Shown: in pieces, positions 9,744 to 18,318 of the stretch
Position numbering within the stretch: position 1 is the first letter of the stretch
Layout: each line of letters starts with the position of its first letter
Assembly (NCBI GenBank): GCA_003151815.1
Contig: PLYN01000012.1
Span: 183 to 64,182 of the forward strand
DNA: 64,000 nucleotides
DNA from: Bacteroidota bacterium
Lineage (GTDB): Bacteria; Bacteroidota; Bacteroidia; 2-12-FULL-35-15
Direction of reading: 5' to 3'
Program-made: the position numbers and the translations under genes
The notes under the pieces: model-generated
Database searches by the model: none
Seen by the model: only the letters and a program-made list of their open reading frames with translations
What the model was told of the DNA's origin: nothing

Positions 9744-9833
9744 ATGAAAATGGAAATTAAAACTGAGTTTGTTCAGTCCCTAACGACACTAGTAATAGCT
9801 GTAGTTATACTGATATTAGTTGCAAAACACTAA
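9744..9833 (+). CDS. Small hydrophobic peptide MKMEIKTEFVQSLTTLVIAVVILILVAKH (29 aa), type I toxin-like
   Basis: Below the ORF-track cutoff. A-rich start context, a single TM-like helix, an upstream promoter box, and downstream hairpins with a U-tract. Confidence 0.7.
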   Translation: MKMEIKTEFVQSLTTLVIAVVILILVAKH

Positions 9834-9871
9834 AACTCATCAGGAGTCTGATTTGAAATAACTCCTCCTGA

Positions 9872-9907
9872 GTGTAACTAGTAGTTATACCACTTGACTG
9901 TTTTTTT
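9872..9907 (+). terminator. Probable 3' end of the small-peptide transcript
   Basis: Hairpin gtgtaact-agt-agttatac, then cacttgactg and T7. Confidence 0.55.
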
Positions 9908-9956
9908 ACACTAATATCTTTCCAAACTTCTTTCATTATGCAATTATTTAATAGAA

Positions 9957-11105
9957 TTATTTCTTTTTTGTTTTTTCTTTCCCACCCATCTTATAAGCTA
10001 ATCCAATAATACAAACTATTCCAAATACTATTCCTCCCAATATTTTAAAATGATTACTTAGGTATAATCCTACAATTGTTAATGTATATACAGTAAAGTC
10101 AGCGATTGCTCCCAGATAATCACCTAAATAATATTTTGCATCGCATCTATAATAATAAGTATGATAATTTGCAGGATAATTTTTAGGTTCAAGTTCAATA
10201 ATTTTTGTATAATCAACTATTGCTCCTTGATAATCTCCTAAAGCCATATATGTATCGCCTCTATCATAATAAGCTTGCAAAATATCAACTCTCCGAAATT
10301 CAGAAGAGTCAAATTCAATAATTTTTGTATAATCAACTATTGCTCCCTGATAATCTTTTAAAGCCTTTTTTGCATTGCCTCTATCATAATAAGCGCGATA
10401 AAATTCTGGCTCAAGTTCAATAGATTTAGTAAAGTCAGCTATTGCTCCTTGATAATCTCCTAAAGCCATATATGTTTCGCCTCTATCAAAATAAGTACGA
10501 TAATATTCATCAGGTTTATTAAATTCAATACTTTTTGTATAATCAACTATTATTTCCTGTTCTCTCTGATAATCGTATAATTCATTACGATAGTTACTTA
10601 TTCTTCCATAACAATCATAATATTTTCCACCTTTCACTTCATAAATTTCTTCAGATTTGTTGCCGTTTATAATGATTAAAGTTCCATTTAATGGGTCAAA
10701 TTGAAATTTACCCAATTTTGCCATTGCTGATTGTCCTAACAAAAGAGGCGCTGAAATATTATTAACAACGGTAGCTTCAACATTGTAAATTACGTTTCCT
10801 GCAAATTCAATTTTGCGTATTATAATATTAGTGCCTACTGAAATATCACCTGTTGCGTCTGAATAATATTTCCTACCTATAATATCTTCTTTGCTTAAAT
10901 ATCCATTTTTTAACATAAAGAGTGCCTCAGTTAATGAAATAGAAACTTCACTGGCTCCTGTATCAAAAATGAATTTTAGTTTAAGGTCATTGACTTTGCA
11001 AGGAACTACATAAACACCATTTTCTTTTTGCATTCTAATAGTAGACTGTCCATAAAATGGAATACCAATAAGCAATGAAAGGAATAATAAAGTATGTTTA
11101 TACAT
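9957..11105 (-). CDS. Clan AA (retropepsin-like) aspartyl protease fused to TPR repeats and a C-terminal hydrophobic segment
   Basis: Signal peptide, FIFDTGAS catalytic motif, LLGQS, repeated AYYDRG..Y..LGDYQGAI.DYTK.IE TPR units and a hydrophobic C-terminus. Confidence 0.88.
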   Translation of the reverse strand: MYKHTLLFLSLLIGIPFYGQSTIRMQKENGVYVVPCKVNDLKLKFIFDTGASEVSISLTEALFMLKNGYLSKEDIIGRKYYSDATGDISVGTNIIIRKIEFAGNVIYNVEATVVNNISAPLLLGQSAMAKLGKFQFDPLNGTLIIINGNKSEEIYEVKGGKYYDCYGRISNYRNELYDYQREQEIIVDYTKSIEFNKPDEYYRTYFDRGETYMALGDYQGAIADFTKSIELEPEFYRAYYDRGNAKKALKDYQGAIVDYTKIIEFDSSEFRRVDILQAYYDRGDTYMALGDYQGAIVDYTKIIELEPKNYPANYHTYYYRCDAKYYLGDYLGAIADFTVYTLTIVGLYLSNHFKILGGIVFGIVCIIGLAYKMGGKEKTKKK

Positions 11106-11126
11106 ATTTTAAATATTTAAAATCAA

Positions 11127-11402
11127 CTATGTATTTGAAAGACCTTTAGAGCTAAATCTTAAATTTTTAATTAATATATCAAACTCTATTTCATTTTCAC
11201 TTATTAATCTTACTTCATCATTAGAGATATTTTGCAAACGAATGCCTGGCACAACTTTATCATCTGGAATTTTATCTGAGTTACGATATTTCTTATTTGC
11301 TTTTTCAATAATCTTAACATTTTTTTGTTTGATAGCTATATGGTGCTTTGTAACTATATCCTCATAAATGGCAAATTTGTTTTTATCTACGTTATGTTTC
11401 AT
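11127..11402 (-). CDS. Hypothetical protein (91 aa), possibly a gene fragment
   Basis: ATG-initiated ORF in the accessory islet. No motif recognised. Confidence 0.45.
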   Translation of the reverse strand: MKHNVDKNKFAIYEDIVTKHHIAIKQKNVKIIEKANKKYRNSDKIPDDKVVPGIRLQNISNDEVRLISENEIEFDILIKNLRFSSKGLSNT

Positions 11403-11423
11403 GTTATTATATATTTTATTTTT

Positions 11424-11571
11424 TTAGAATTTTACTTCCCAGTGAATCATTGCTCCTAACTTAAAAGCCTGAAAACCTTCTTCAAACTTGTCTCGTTTTG
11501 CTGTCCCTTTTTTTACCGTATTGCTCATCCACAAACTGGTCAAGAGATTTTAAATTACTTTTCTTTTTCAT
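11424..11571 (-). pseudogene. Frameshifted, truncated XRE/HigA-like antitoxin remnant
   Basis: MKKKSNLKSLDQFVDEQYGKK, one extra A in an A7 run (11508-11514), then GTAKRDKFEEGFQAFKLGAMIH. This resembles the N-terminus of Bacteroidota HigA-type regulators but stops before the HTH. Confidence 0.7.
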
Positions 11572-11621
11572 TTCACAATTCTACTTTTTAAAAAACTACT
11601 CAAACTTAATGTTTTTAAATA

Positions 11622-11797
11622 CAGGTCGCCCCGATGGGGCTTGAAATAATTGGTATAACTTTTTTTCTACAAACAGAATACTCCTACGGAGCATTTTAAA
11701 ATTCTCCTTCCTTTGTCAGGATAAACTCCGAGATGAACTGTTTGTAGTAATAAAAAATGAATCATTTATTTAAGCTCCGTAGGAGCGGTCTGTTAAT
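11622..11797. repeat. Cluster of GTAG-tagged REP-like palindromes (REPIN/BIME-like)
   Basis: caggtcgccccgatggggct; ctacaaacag..ctcctacggagc; inverted ..ctgtttgtag; gctccgtaggagcggtctgtt. Confidence 0.75.
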
Positions 11798-11814
11798 ATT
11801 GTAAACAAGCCACG

Positions 11815-11849
11815 AAACTTTAAACTTTTAAACTTTGAACTTTAAACTA
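11815..11849. repeat. Heptamer tandem array (AAACTTT flavour), single arm starting at the M20 stop codon
   Basis: aaacttt aaacttt taaacttt gaacttt aaacta. Confidence 0.8.
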
Positions 11850-12944
11850 TATCAAACTTGAAATCATTTTCACATACAAATCCACTCCTTCTTTAATTTC
11901 ATCAAGATAAATAAATTCATCTGCTGTGTGCGAACGTCCTGAAAAACCGGGACCTAACTTCAAGGATGGAAAATTCATCAAAGCCTGATCAGAAGTAGTT
12001 GGAGAACCATAAGTAGTTCTACCCAATTGTAATCCTGCCTGCACTATGGGGTGATTCATGCTGATGGAAGATGGTGTTAACCGCAATGAACGGGGTTTTA
12101 CGTCACAGGTAACATGTTCTTTAATGATGTCAAATATTTCTTGATTTTTATAAGCATCTGTAATACGAACATCCACCACAAAATCACATTTATCAGGTAC
12201 CACATTGTGTTGTGAACCTGAGTGAATAACTGTTACAGACATTTTAATTGGCCCCAACGTATCTGATACTTTAGGGAATTTATAGGTGATGAACCATTCA
12301 ATATCCTTCAATGCTTTATATATCGCATTTTCGCCTTCTTCTCTGGCAGCGTGTCCGGATTTACCATGACTGGTGCAATCAAGCACCATTAAACCTTTTT
12401 CAGAAACTGCTAAATGCATTTGAGTAGGTTCGCCAACAATTGCAAATTCAACATTATCCAGTTCAGGTAAAATAAGTTCTATGCCATTTAATCCTGAAAT
12501 TTCTTCTTCTGCGGAAGCAGCAAAAACAATGTTATACGGCATGTTTTCATTTTCATAAAAATACATGAAGGTTGCCAATAGAGATACCAAAGGTCCACCG
12601 GCATCATTGCTTCCCAGTCCGAATAGTTTTCCGTCCTCAACAATTGCTTCGAACGGATTTTTTGTATAACCCGAATTCGGTTTTACGGTATCGTGATGAG
12701 AATTTAATAAGATGGTCGGCAACCCTTCCTTATAATGCTTGTTACGCGCCCACACATTGTTCATCATGCGAAATGCCGTAATGCCTTTCGATTTCAAAAA
12801 ACGTTGCAACAAGTCCGCAGTCACGTTTTCTTCTTTACTGAATGACGGAATCGGAATTAACTGTTTAAGTAATTCTATTGAATCATCCGTTACCTGATTT
12901 ATTTTATTTTGATCAAGCGATAAGCTTTGTTCCTGTGTTCCCAT
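11847..12944 (-). CDS. argE: M20 family acyl-ornithine/acyl-citrulline deacylase (ArgE-like)
   Basis: LLNSHHDTV, GLGSNDAGG, AEEEISG, GEPT and SHTADE metallopeptidase motifs, inside the arg operon. Confidence 0.85.
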   Translation of the reverse strand: MGTQEQSLSLDQNKINQVTDDSIELLKQLIPIPSFSKEENVTADLLQRFLKSKGITAFRMMNNVWARNKHYKEGLPTILLNSHHDTVKPNSGYTKNPFEAIVEDGKLFGLGSNDAGGPLVSLLATFMYFYENENMPYNIVFAASAEEEISGLNGIELILPELDNVEFAIVGEPTQMHLAVSEKGLMVLDCTSHGKSGHAAREEGENAIYKALKDIEWFITYKFPKVSDTLGPIKMSVTVIHSGSQHNVVPDKCDFVVDVRITDAYKNQEIFDIIKEHVTCDVKPRSLRLTPSSISMNHPIVQAGLQLGRTTYGSPTTSDQALMNFPSLKLGPGFSGRSHTADEFIYLDEIKEGVDLYVKMISSLI

Positions 12945-13707
12945 TTCCGTTTGTAATAGTTATTAAATCTTTTGAATGTGCAATCATTACAGCCGACACA
13001 CCATTTCTGATCGCATCGAATGCATTGTCGAGTTTAGGTATCATTCCTTTAAAAATAACACCTTCCGAAAGTAAATCTTTATATGAATTCTGCGTAATGA
13101 TATTGATCACTGAACCATCATCTTCCACATCCCTCAATACGCCCTTCTTTTCAAAACAATAGTTGAGTTGCACATCGTATTTTTTTGAAAGTGCAACAGC
13201 CAAAGCCGAAGCAATCGTATCTGCATTGGTGTTTAATAATTGTCCTTCTCCATTGTGCGTAATGGCTGAAAAAACCGGTGTTATGTCGTTTTCCAAAAAA
13301 ACAGAAATCATTTCTACATTCACTCCAGAACTTTCAATGTCGCCAACGAAACCATAATCAATATCTTTCACCTTACGCTTGCTTGCATTGATTGTGTTAG
13401 CATCTGCACCTGACAGCCCAATTGCATTGCATTTTTTTGATTGCAAGGCTGCAACAATTTGCTTGTTGATCAAGCCGGCATAAACCATGGTTGTCACCTT
13501 TAATGTCTCCGCATCAGTAATCCTTCTTCCATTTACCAATTCCTGTTCAATGCCCAAGCGCTTTGCTAATTCAGTCGCGACTTTTCCACCGCCATGAACC
13601 AATATTTTCAAATCGGAGATCCTTGAAAAATCAGAAAGAAATTTTTCTAATTCCTTTGGTTCATCTATTACGTTTCCACCGATCTTTATGACGTGTAATT
13701 TTTTCAT
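12913..13707 (-). CDS. argB: Acyl-glutamate kinase
   Basis: VIKIGG, VHGGG, LLNTNADT and GMIPKL. Start placed at MKKLHV. Confidence 0.95.
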   Translation of the reverse strand: MKKLHVIKIGGNVIDEPKELEKFLSDFSRISDLKILVHGGGKVATELAKRLGIEQELVNGRRITDAETLKVTTMVYAGLINKQIVAALQSKKCNAIGLSGADANTINASKRKVKDIDYGFVGDIESSGVNVEMISVFLENDITPVFSAITHNGEGQLLNTNADTIASALAVALSKKYDVQLNYCFEKKGVLRDVEDDGSVINIITQNSYKDLLSEGVIFKGMIPKLDNAFDAIRNGVSAVMIAHSKDLITITNGNGNTGTKLIA

Positions 13708-13720
13708 ATACCTCACCACA

Positions 13721-13757
13721 CCTCACCCCCGTCCCCTCTCCACTTGGAGAGGGGGGA
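13721..13757. repeat. CCCCTCTCC-N4-GGAGAGGGG REP-like element
   Basis: cctcaccccc gtcccctctc cactt ggagagggggga in the argF'/argB spacer. Confidence 0.85.
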
Positions 13758-13770
13758 GTAACGAGGATAT

Positions 13771-14721
13771 TTATTTTGTTTCCAATATCTTTTTTAATAC
13801 CGCTTGCGCAGAAAATAAACGATTACTTGCTTGTTGCAAGATCAATGAATTAGCACCATCAAGCACTTCATCACTCACTTCTAAATTTCTACGAACCGGT
13901 AAACAATGCATCACTTTAGCGTTATTGGTCACTTCCAGTTTTTTGTTAGTTAACATCCAACTGCTATCTGTACATGCTATTTTTGCATAGTCCGTGTAAC
14001 ACGACCAATTTTTTACATATACAAAATCAGCGTCTTTTAGTGCTTCCTGTTGATCATAAACTATTTTAGCGCCTTTTGTAAAAGCTTCGCTTAGCTCATA
14101 TCCTTCCGGATGAGTAATCGTAAAATCAACATCCGTTTTCAACATCCATTCACTAAAGGAGTTGGCAACAGCTTGTGCAATGGGTTTAATATGAGGAGCC
14201 CAGGTTAATACTACTTTAGGTTTTTGTTTTTTGTTCCAGTTCTCACGAATAGTAATCACATCCGCAAAACTTTGCAAAGGATGTAAAGTAGAACCTTCCA
14301 TACTTACAACCGGAACAGTACTATATTTTTTAAACTGATTGATTATTTTTTCACTATAATCTTCTTCTTTATTTTTCATGTGTGCAAAACAACGTATAGC
14401 AATTATATCGCAGTATTGCGACAATACAGCTGCTGCGTCGCGTACATGTTCAACAGAAGAACCGTTCATCACCGCACCATCATTCATCTCTAAAGCCCAA
14501 CCCTCTTTATCCATGTTCAATACAATGGTATTCATTCCTAAATTCATCCCAGCCTTTTGAGTACTCAAACGGGTACGCAAACTCGGATTTAAAAATACCA
14601 TTCCCAATGTTTTATTTTTCCCAAGATGAGAAAACGCATAGGGATCCTTTTTAAGCATCAATGCTTCATTCACCATTTCATCGATGTTGGTGACATCGTT
14701 CACTGAAGTAAAAATTTTCAT
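13771..14721 (-). CDS. argF: N-acyl-ornithine carbamoyltransferase (ArgF' type, AOTCase/SOTCase)
   Basis: PSLRT instead of the STRT of classical OTC, HPLQ, LTWAPH and HCLPVRR. Confidence 0.93.
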   Translation of the reverse strand: MKIFTSVNDVTNIDEMVNEALMLKKDPYAFSHLGKNKTLGMVFLNPSLRTRLSTQKAGMNLGMNTIVLNMDKEGWALEMNDGAVMNGSSVEHVRDAAAVLSQYCDIIAIRCFAHMKNKEEDYSEKIINQFKKYSTVPVVSMEGSTLHPLQSFADVITIRENWNKKQKPKVVLTWAPHIKPIAQAVANSFSEWMLKTDVDFTITHPEGYELSEAFTKGAKIVYDQQEALKDADFVYVKNWSCYTDYAKIACTDSSWMLTNKKLEVTNNAKVMHCLPVRRNLEVSDEVLDGANSLILQQASNRLFSAQAVLKKILETK

Positions 14722-14734
14722 TCTTCTTTACTGA

Positions 14735-15862
14735 TTATTTTGATAAAACGCTTTTAAATGCAGCCAAAAAACTATCTATATCTTCTTTTTTAACATTCAA
14801 TGCCGGAAGTATACGTAAGGTATTTTTATCGGATGAAGATCCTGTGAACATTTTATGCTCCGACAATAATTTGTTCCTGATCGGCGCACAAGCATCTTCT
14901 AACTCAACGCCGATCATCAATCCAAGTCCACGAACTTCTTTAACACCTTTTATGCTTTTTAATTCCAGCATTAAATAATTACCCATCGTTTCAGAATGGA
15001 GAAGTAAATTTTCATCTCTGATAACATCCAACACAGCAATTGCAGCCGCACAAGCCAAATAATTTCCACCAAACGTTGTTCCCAACATACCGTGTTTACC
15101 GGGAATATTTGGTTGAATTAATACAGCAGCAACCGGAAATCCGTTACCCATACCTTTTGCAACAGTAATAATATCAGGCTTCACATCTGAATATTGGTGT
15201 GCAAAAAATTTACCCGAGCGTCCGTAACCGGATTGTACTTCATCAATAATTAGCAAGGCTCCAAATTTTTCGCAAAGCGATTTTATTTTTTTTAGAAATG
15301 CTGTTGTTGGAATGTGTACCCCACCAACACCTTGAATTCCTTCAATTATCACAGCACACACTTCATCGTTCATTGCTTTTTCAAAAGCGGCTTCATCGTT
15401 AAAAGGCAAAAATACAATGTTATCGGTCATGTTTACAGGCGCCCATATCTTTGCATCATCAGTTGCAGCAACGGCTAAAGAAGTACGTCCGTGAAATGCT
15501 TTACTGAACGAAATAATTTTTTTCTTTCCTGTATGAAAAGACGCAAGCTTTAAAGCATTCTCATTTGCCTCTGCACCACTGTTACATAAAAATAATTGAT
15601 AGTCGGTATAACCCGAAAGCTCTCCTAACTTATCGGCTAACTCTTCCTGCATTTTTATTTTAACCGAATTGGAATAAAAAGCAATTGCATTTAATTGTTC
15701 TGTTAATTTTTTAACATAATGCGGATGGCTGTGTCCTATAGAGATCACTGCATGTCCGCCATATAAGTCCAGATACTTTACACCATTTTTGTCCCATATG
15801 GTAGAACCTTCAGCCTTTACAGGCTCGATGTCGAATAAGGGATATACGTCGAATAATTTCAT
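14735..15862 (-). CDS. argD: Acyl-ornithine aminotransferase (class III PLP)
   Basis: NSGAEANE, FHGRT, IDEVQSG and AKGMGNGFP. Confidence 0.95.
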   Translation of the reverse strand: MKLFDVYPLFDIEPVKAEGSTIWDKNGVKYLDLYGGHAVISIGHSHPHYVKKLTEQLNAIAFYSNSVKIKMQEELADKLGELSGYTDYQLFLCNSGAEANENALKLASFHTGKKKIISFSKAFHGRTSLAVAATDDAKIWAPVNMTDNIVFLPFNDEAAFEKAMNDEVCAVIIEGIQGVGGVHIPTTAFLKKIKSLCEKFGALLIIDEVQSGYGRSGKFFAHQYSDVKPDIITVAKGMGNGFPVAAVLIQPNIPGKHGMLGTTFGGNYLACAAAIAVLDVIRDENLLLHSETMGNYLMLELKSIKGVKEVRGLGLMIGVELEDACAPIRNKLLSEHKMFTGSSSDKNTLRILPALNVKKEDIDSFLAAFKSVLSK

Positions 15863-15869
15863 ATTTTTT

Positions 15870-16010
15870 TAGTTTAAAGTTAGAAAGTTCAAAGTTTAAA
15901 GTTTCTGTGTTCTCTTTAATTATGAACCTTCATTTTCCATTTTAAAACTTTAAAGCTCATCATTGAAAAGTTCGCCAACTTTAAACTTTCTAACTTTGAA
16001 CTTTAAACTA
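15870..16010. repeat. Heptamer-periodic inverted-arm element (AAAGTTY/RAACTTT) in the argC/argD spacer
   Basis: Arm 15870-15904 tagtttaaagttagaaagttcaaagtttaaagttt; arm 15977-16010 aactttaaactttctaactttgaactttaaacta. Confidence 0.85.
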
Positions 16011-16020
16011 ATTATTTTTT

Positions 16021-17004
16021 CTAAAAATAATTCGCTTTCAATTTCAATCCTGTTGTTTCATCCAATCCAAATGCAAGGTTCATATTCTGAACTGCTTGTC
16101 CGGATGCACCTTTCAATAGATTATCAATACAACTGGTGATCAATAATTTTCCTTGATGCTTTTGCAAATGCAATAAACATTTATTGGTATTGACCACCTG
16201 TTTAAGATCAATTGCAACTTTACTTATGTTTACAAACGGGTGAATATCATAATATGCTTCGTACAGTTTTTGAATATTCTCCAAGCTCATATCGCATTCA
16301 GTGTATAACGTTGCAAGTATGCCGCGTGTAAATGCGCCACGGTATGGAATAAAATTCAGTTCGTTTGTAAACCCTGTTTGCAGTTGTGTTAAGCTTTGTC
16401 CTATCTCCGCTAAATGCTGATGTTCGAATGCTTTATAGATACTCAAATTATTTTGTCGCCAGCTGAAATGCGATGTGGTACTTAATGATTGACCAGCCCC
16501 CGTTGAACCTGTGGTTGCAGTAATATGAACATCAGCCTTCAACAAATGATTTGCTGCAAGCGGCAATAATGCCAACTGGATACTTGTAGCAAAACAACCG
16601 GGATTTGCAATGTAATCAGCTTCTTTTATTTTTTCGCGATTCAGCTCCGGAAGTCCATAAATAAAGGGATTAGCTGCAACTGAACCTGGAGAATTTAATC
16701 GATGATCTTGCGATAGATCAATGAGTTTTATTTCTGGATCGATCTTATTTTCAGCTAAAAACTTCTTCGCTTCGCCATGTCCCGTGCATAGAAACAAAAC
16801 ATCTATCTTATCAGACAAGGTATCTGTAAATTTCAAATTCGTATCACCAATTAGATCTGTATGAATATCGGATATAAATTTCCCTGCATTGCTTTTGCTA
16901 TGTACAAAGGCAATTTCGGCATTGGGATGATTAACAAGTATACGCAAGAGTTCTCCTCCTGTGTATCCCGCACCACCAATAACTCCTATTTTTATTTTTT
17001 TCAT
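16021..17004 (-). CDS. argC: N-acyl-gamma-glutamyl-phosphate reductase
   Basis: GGAGYTGGEL, YGLPE, ANPGCF and DNLLKGASGQAVQNMN. Confidence 0.96.
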   Translation of the reverse strand: MKKIKIGVIGGAGYTGGELLRILVNHPNAEIAFVHSKSNAGKFISDIHTDLIGDTNLKFTDTLSDKIDVLFLCTGHGEAKKFLAENKIDPEIKLIDLSQDHRLNSPGSVAANPFIYGLPELNREKIKEADYIANPGCFATSIQLALLPLAANHLLKADVHITATTGSTGAGQSLSTTSHFSWRQNNLSIYKAFEHQHLAEIGQSLTQLQTGFTNELNFIPYRGAFTRGILATLYTECDMSLENIQKLYEAYYDIHPFVNISKVAIDLKQVVNTNKCLLHLQKHQGKLLITSCIDNLLKGASGQAVQNMNLAFGLDETTGLKLKANYF

Positions 17005-17028
17005 TTGAATTTATTTTTTCTCGCTAAT

Positions 17029-17091
17029 CACGCAAATTTTCGCTGATTTTCGCTGACTTTTTTATCTGCGTTTATCTGCGAAATCTGCGTG
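17029..17091. repeat. 9/10-nt periodic inverted-arm element (CGCAGAT/ATCTGCG flavour)
   Basis: cacgcaaatttt cgctgatttt cgctga ... atctgcg tttatctgcg aaatctgcgtg in the argG/argC spacer. Confidence 0.75.
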
Positions 17092-17096
17092 CAAGT

Positions 17097-18308
17097 TTAT
17101 TTTTTATCAACCGGTAAAGAGCTATTCACCTGGTGATAAATAGCAACCTGGTTACCGAATATTTTAGAAAATCCTTTTACATCATCACCTGTCCAGGCGT
17201 TATTCATTTCGCCATAACTACCGAATTTAGCAGACATCAGATCATGTTCCGACTCAATGCCTGTTAATTGAAAACGGTATGGATAAAGCGTTGCGAAAAC
17301 TTTACCTGTGACATTGGTTTGTGTATCTTCCAAAAATTTTTCTATGTTTCTCATCGTCGGATCAAGGAATTGCCCTTCGTGCAGCCAGTTTCCGTACCAT
17401 GAAGATAATTGTTCCTTCCAATACAATTGCCATTTTGTCAACGTATGTTTTTCTAACAAATGATGTGCTTTAATTATCAAAACAGGCGCAGCAGCTTCAA
17501 AACCAACGCGACCTTTTATTCCAATAATCGTATCACCCACATGCACATCGCGACCAATCGCGTATGCAGAAGCAATTTCATTTAACTTTTGTATCGCATG
17601 AACAGGATTTACAAATACCTCATCATTCACTCCTGTTATTTCACCATTTTTAAAAGTGATCGAAATATTTTCCGTTCCTTCTTTCGTTAATTGCGTTGGG
17701 AAAGCCGACTCAGGTAAAAAATTCTTCGACGTTAATGTTTCTTTCCCACCAACCGATGTACCCCAAATACCTTTATTAATAGAGTATTTGGCTTTCTCTG
17801 CATTAATTTCAACACCATGTGTTTTCAAAAATTCAATCTCTGCTTCGCGCGATAATTTCATATCACGGATCGGTGTGATGATCTCCACATTAGGAATCAT
17901 GATATTAAAAACCATATCAAAACGAACCTGATCATTACCTGCACCTGTACTTCCGTGGGCAACCGCTTCAGCACCAATTAATTTTGCATAGTGGGCTATT
18001 GCCATGGCTTGTGCGATACGTTCAGCACTTACCGAAAGTGGATAGGTATTGTTTTTCAATACATTTCCATAGATCAAATAACGAATAACTGTTTTATAAA
18101 AATTATCTGTTTCATCAATGCATTTAAAAGATTTAACACCCAATGAAAATGCGTGTTTTTCTATTCTCGCAATTTCTGCGGCATCAAAACCACCGGTGTT
18201 AACAGTAACAGCATGAACTTCTAAATTTTTTATTTTTGAAAGATAAACGGCGCAATACGTAGTGTCCAATCCACCACTGAATGCCAATACCACTTTATTA
18301 TTTTTCAT
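17097..18308 (-). CDS. argG: Argininosuccinate synthase
   Basis: VLAFSGGLDT, HGSTGAGNDQVRF and KGRVGFEA. Start placed at MKNNKV. Confidence 0.97.
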   Translation of the reverse strand: MKNNKVVLAFSGGLDTTYCAVYLSKIKNLEVHAVTVNTGGFDAAEIARIEKHAFSLGVKSFKCIDETDNFYKTVIRYLIYGNVLKNNTYPLSVSAERIAQAMAIAHYAKLIGAEAVAHGSTGAGNDQVRFDMVFNIMIPNVEIITPIRDMKLSREAEIEFLKTHGVEINAEKAKYSINKGIWGTSVGGKETLTSKNFLPESAFPTQLTKEGTENISITFKNGEITGVNDEVFVNPVHAIQKLNEIASAYAIGRDVHVGDTIIGIKGRVGFEAAAPVLIIKAHHLLEKHTLTKWQLYWKEQLSSWYGNWLHEGQFLDPTMRNIEKFLEDTQTNVTGKVFATLYPYRFQLTGIESEHDLMSAKFGSYGEMNNAWTGDDVKGFSKIFGNQVAIYHQVNSSLPVDKK

Positions 18309-18318
18309 TTTTTTGAAT

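Noticed and set aside
11508-11514. A7 tract as a programmed frameshift or phase-variation switch
   Set aside because: It would need +1 rather than the classic -1 shift, and the restored frame still stops before the HTH domain.
16670-16700. ArgC segment NSPGSVAANP containing CAGGTTCA, as a third micro-insert
   Set aside because: No CCT-bounded GC-rich interior, the region is naturally variable, and Gly-Ser codons explain the match.
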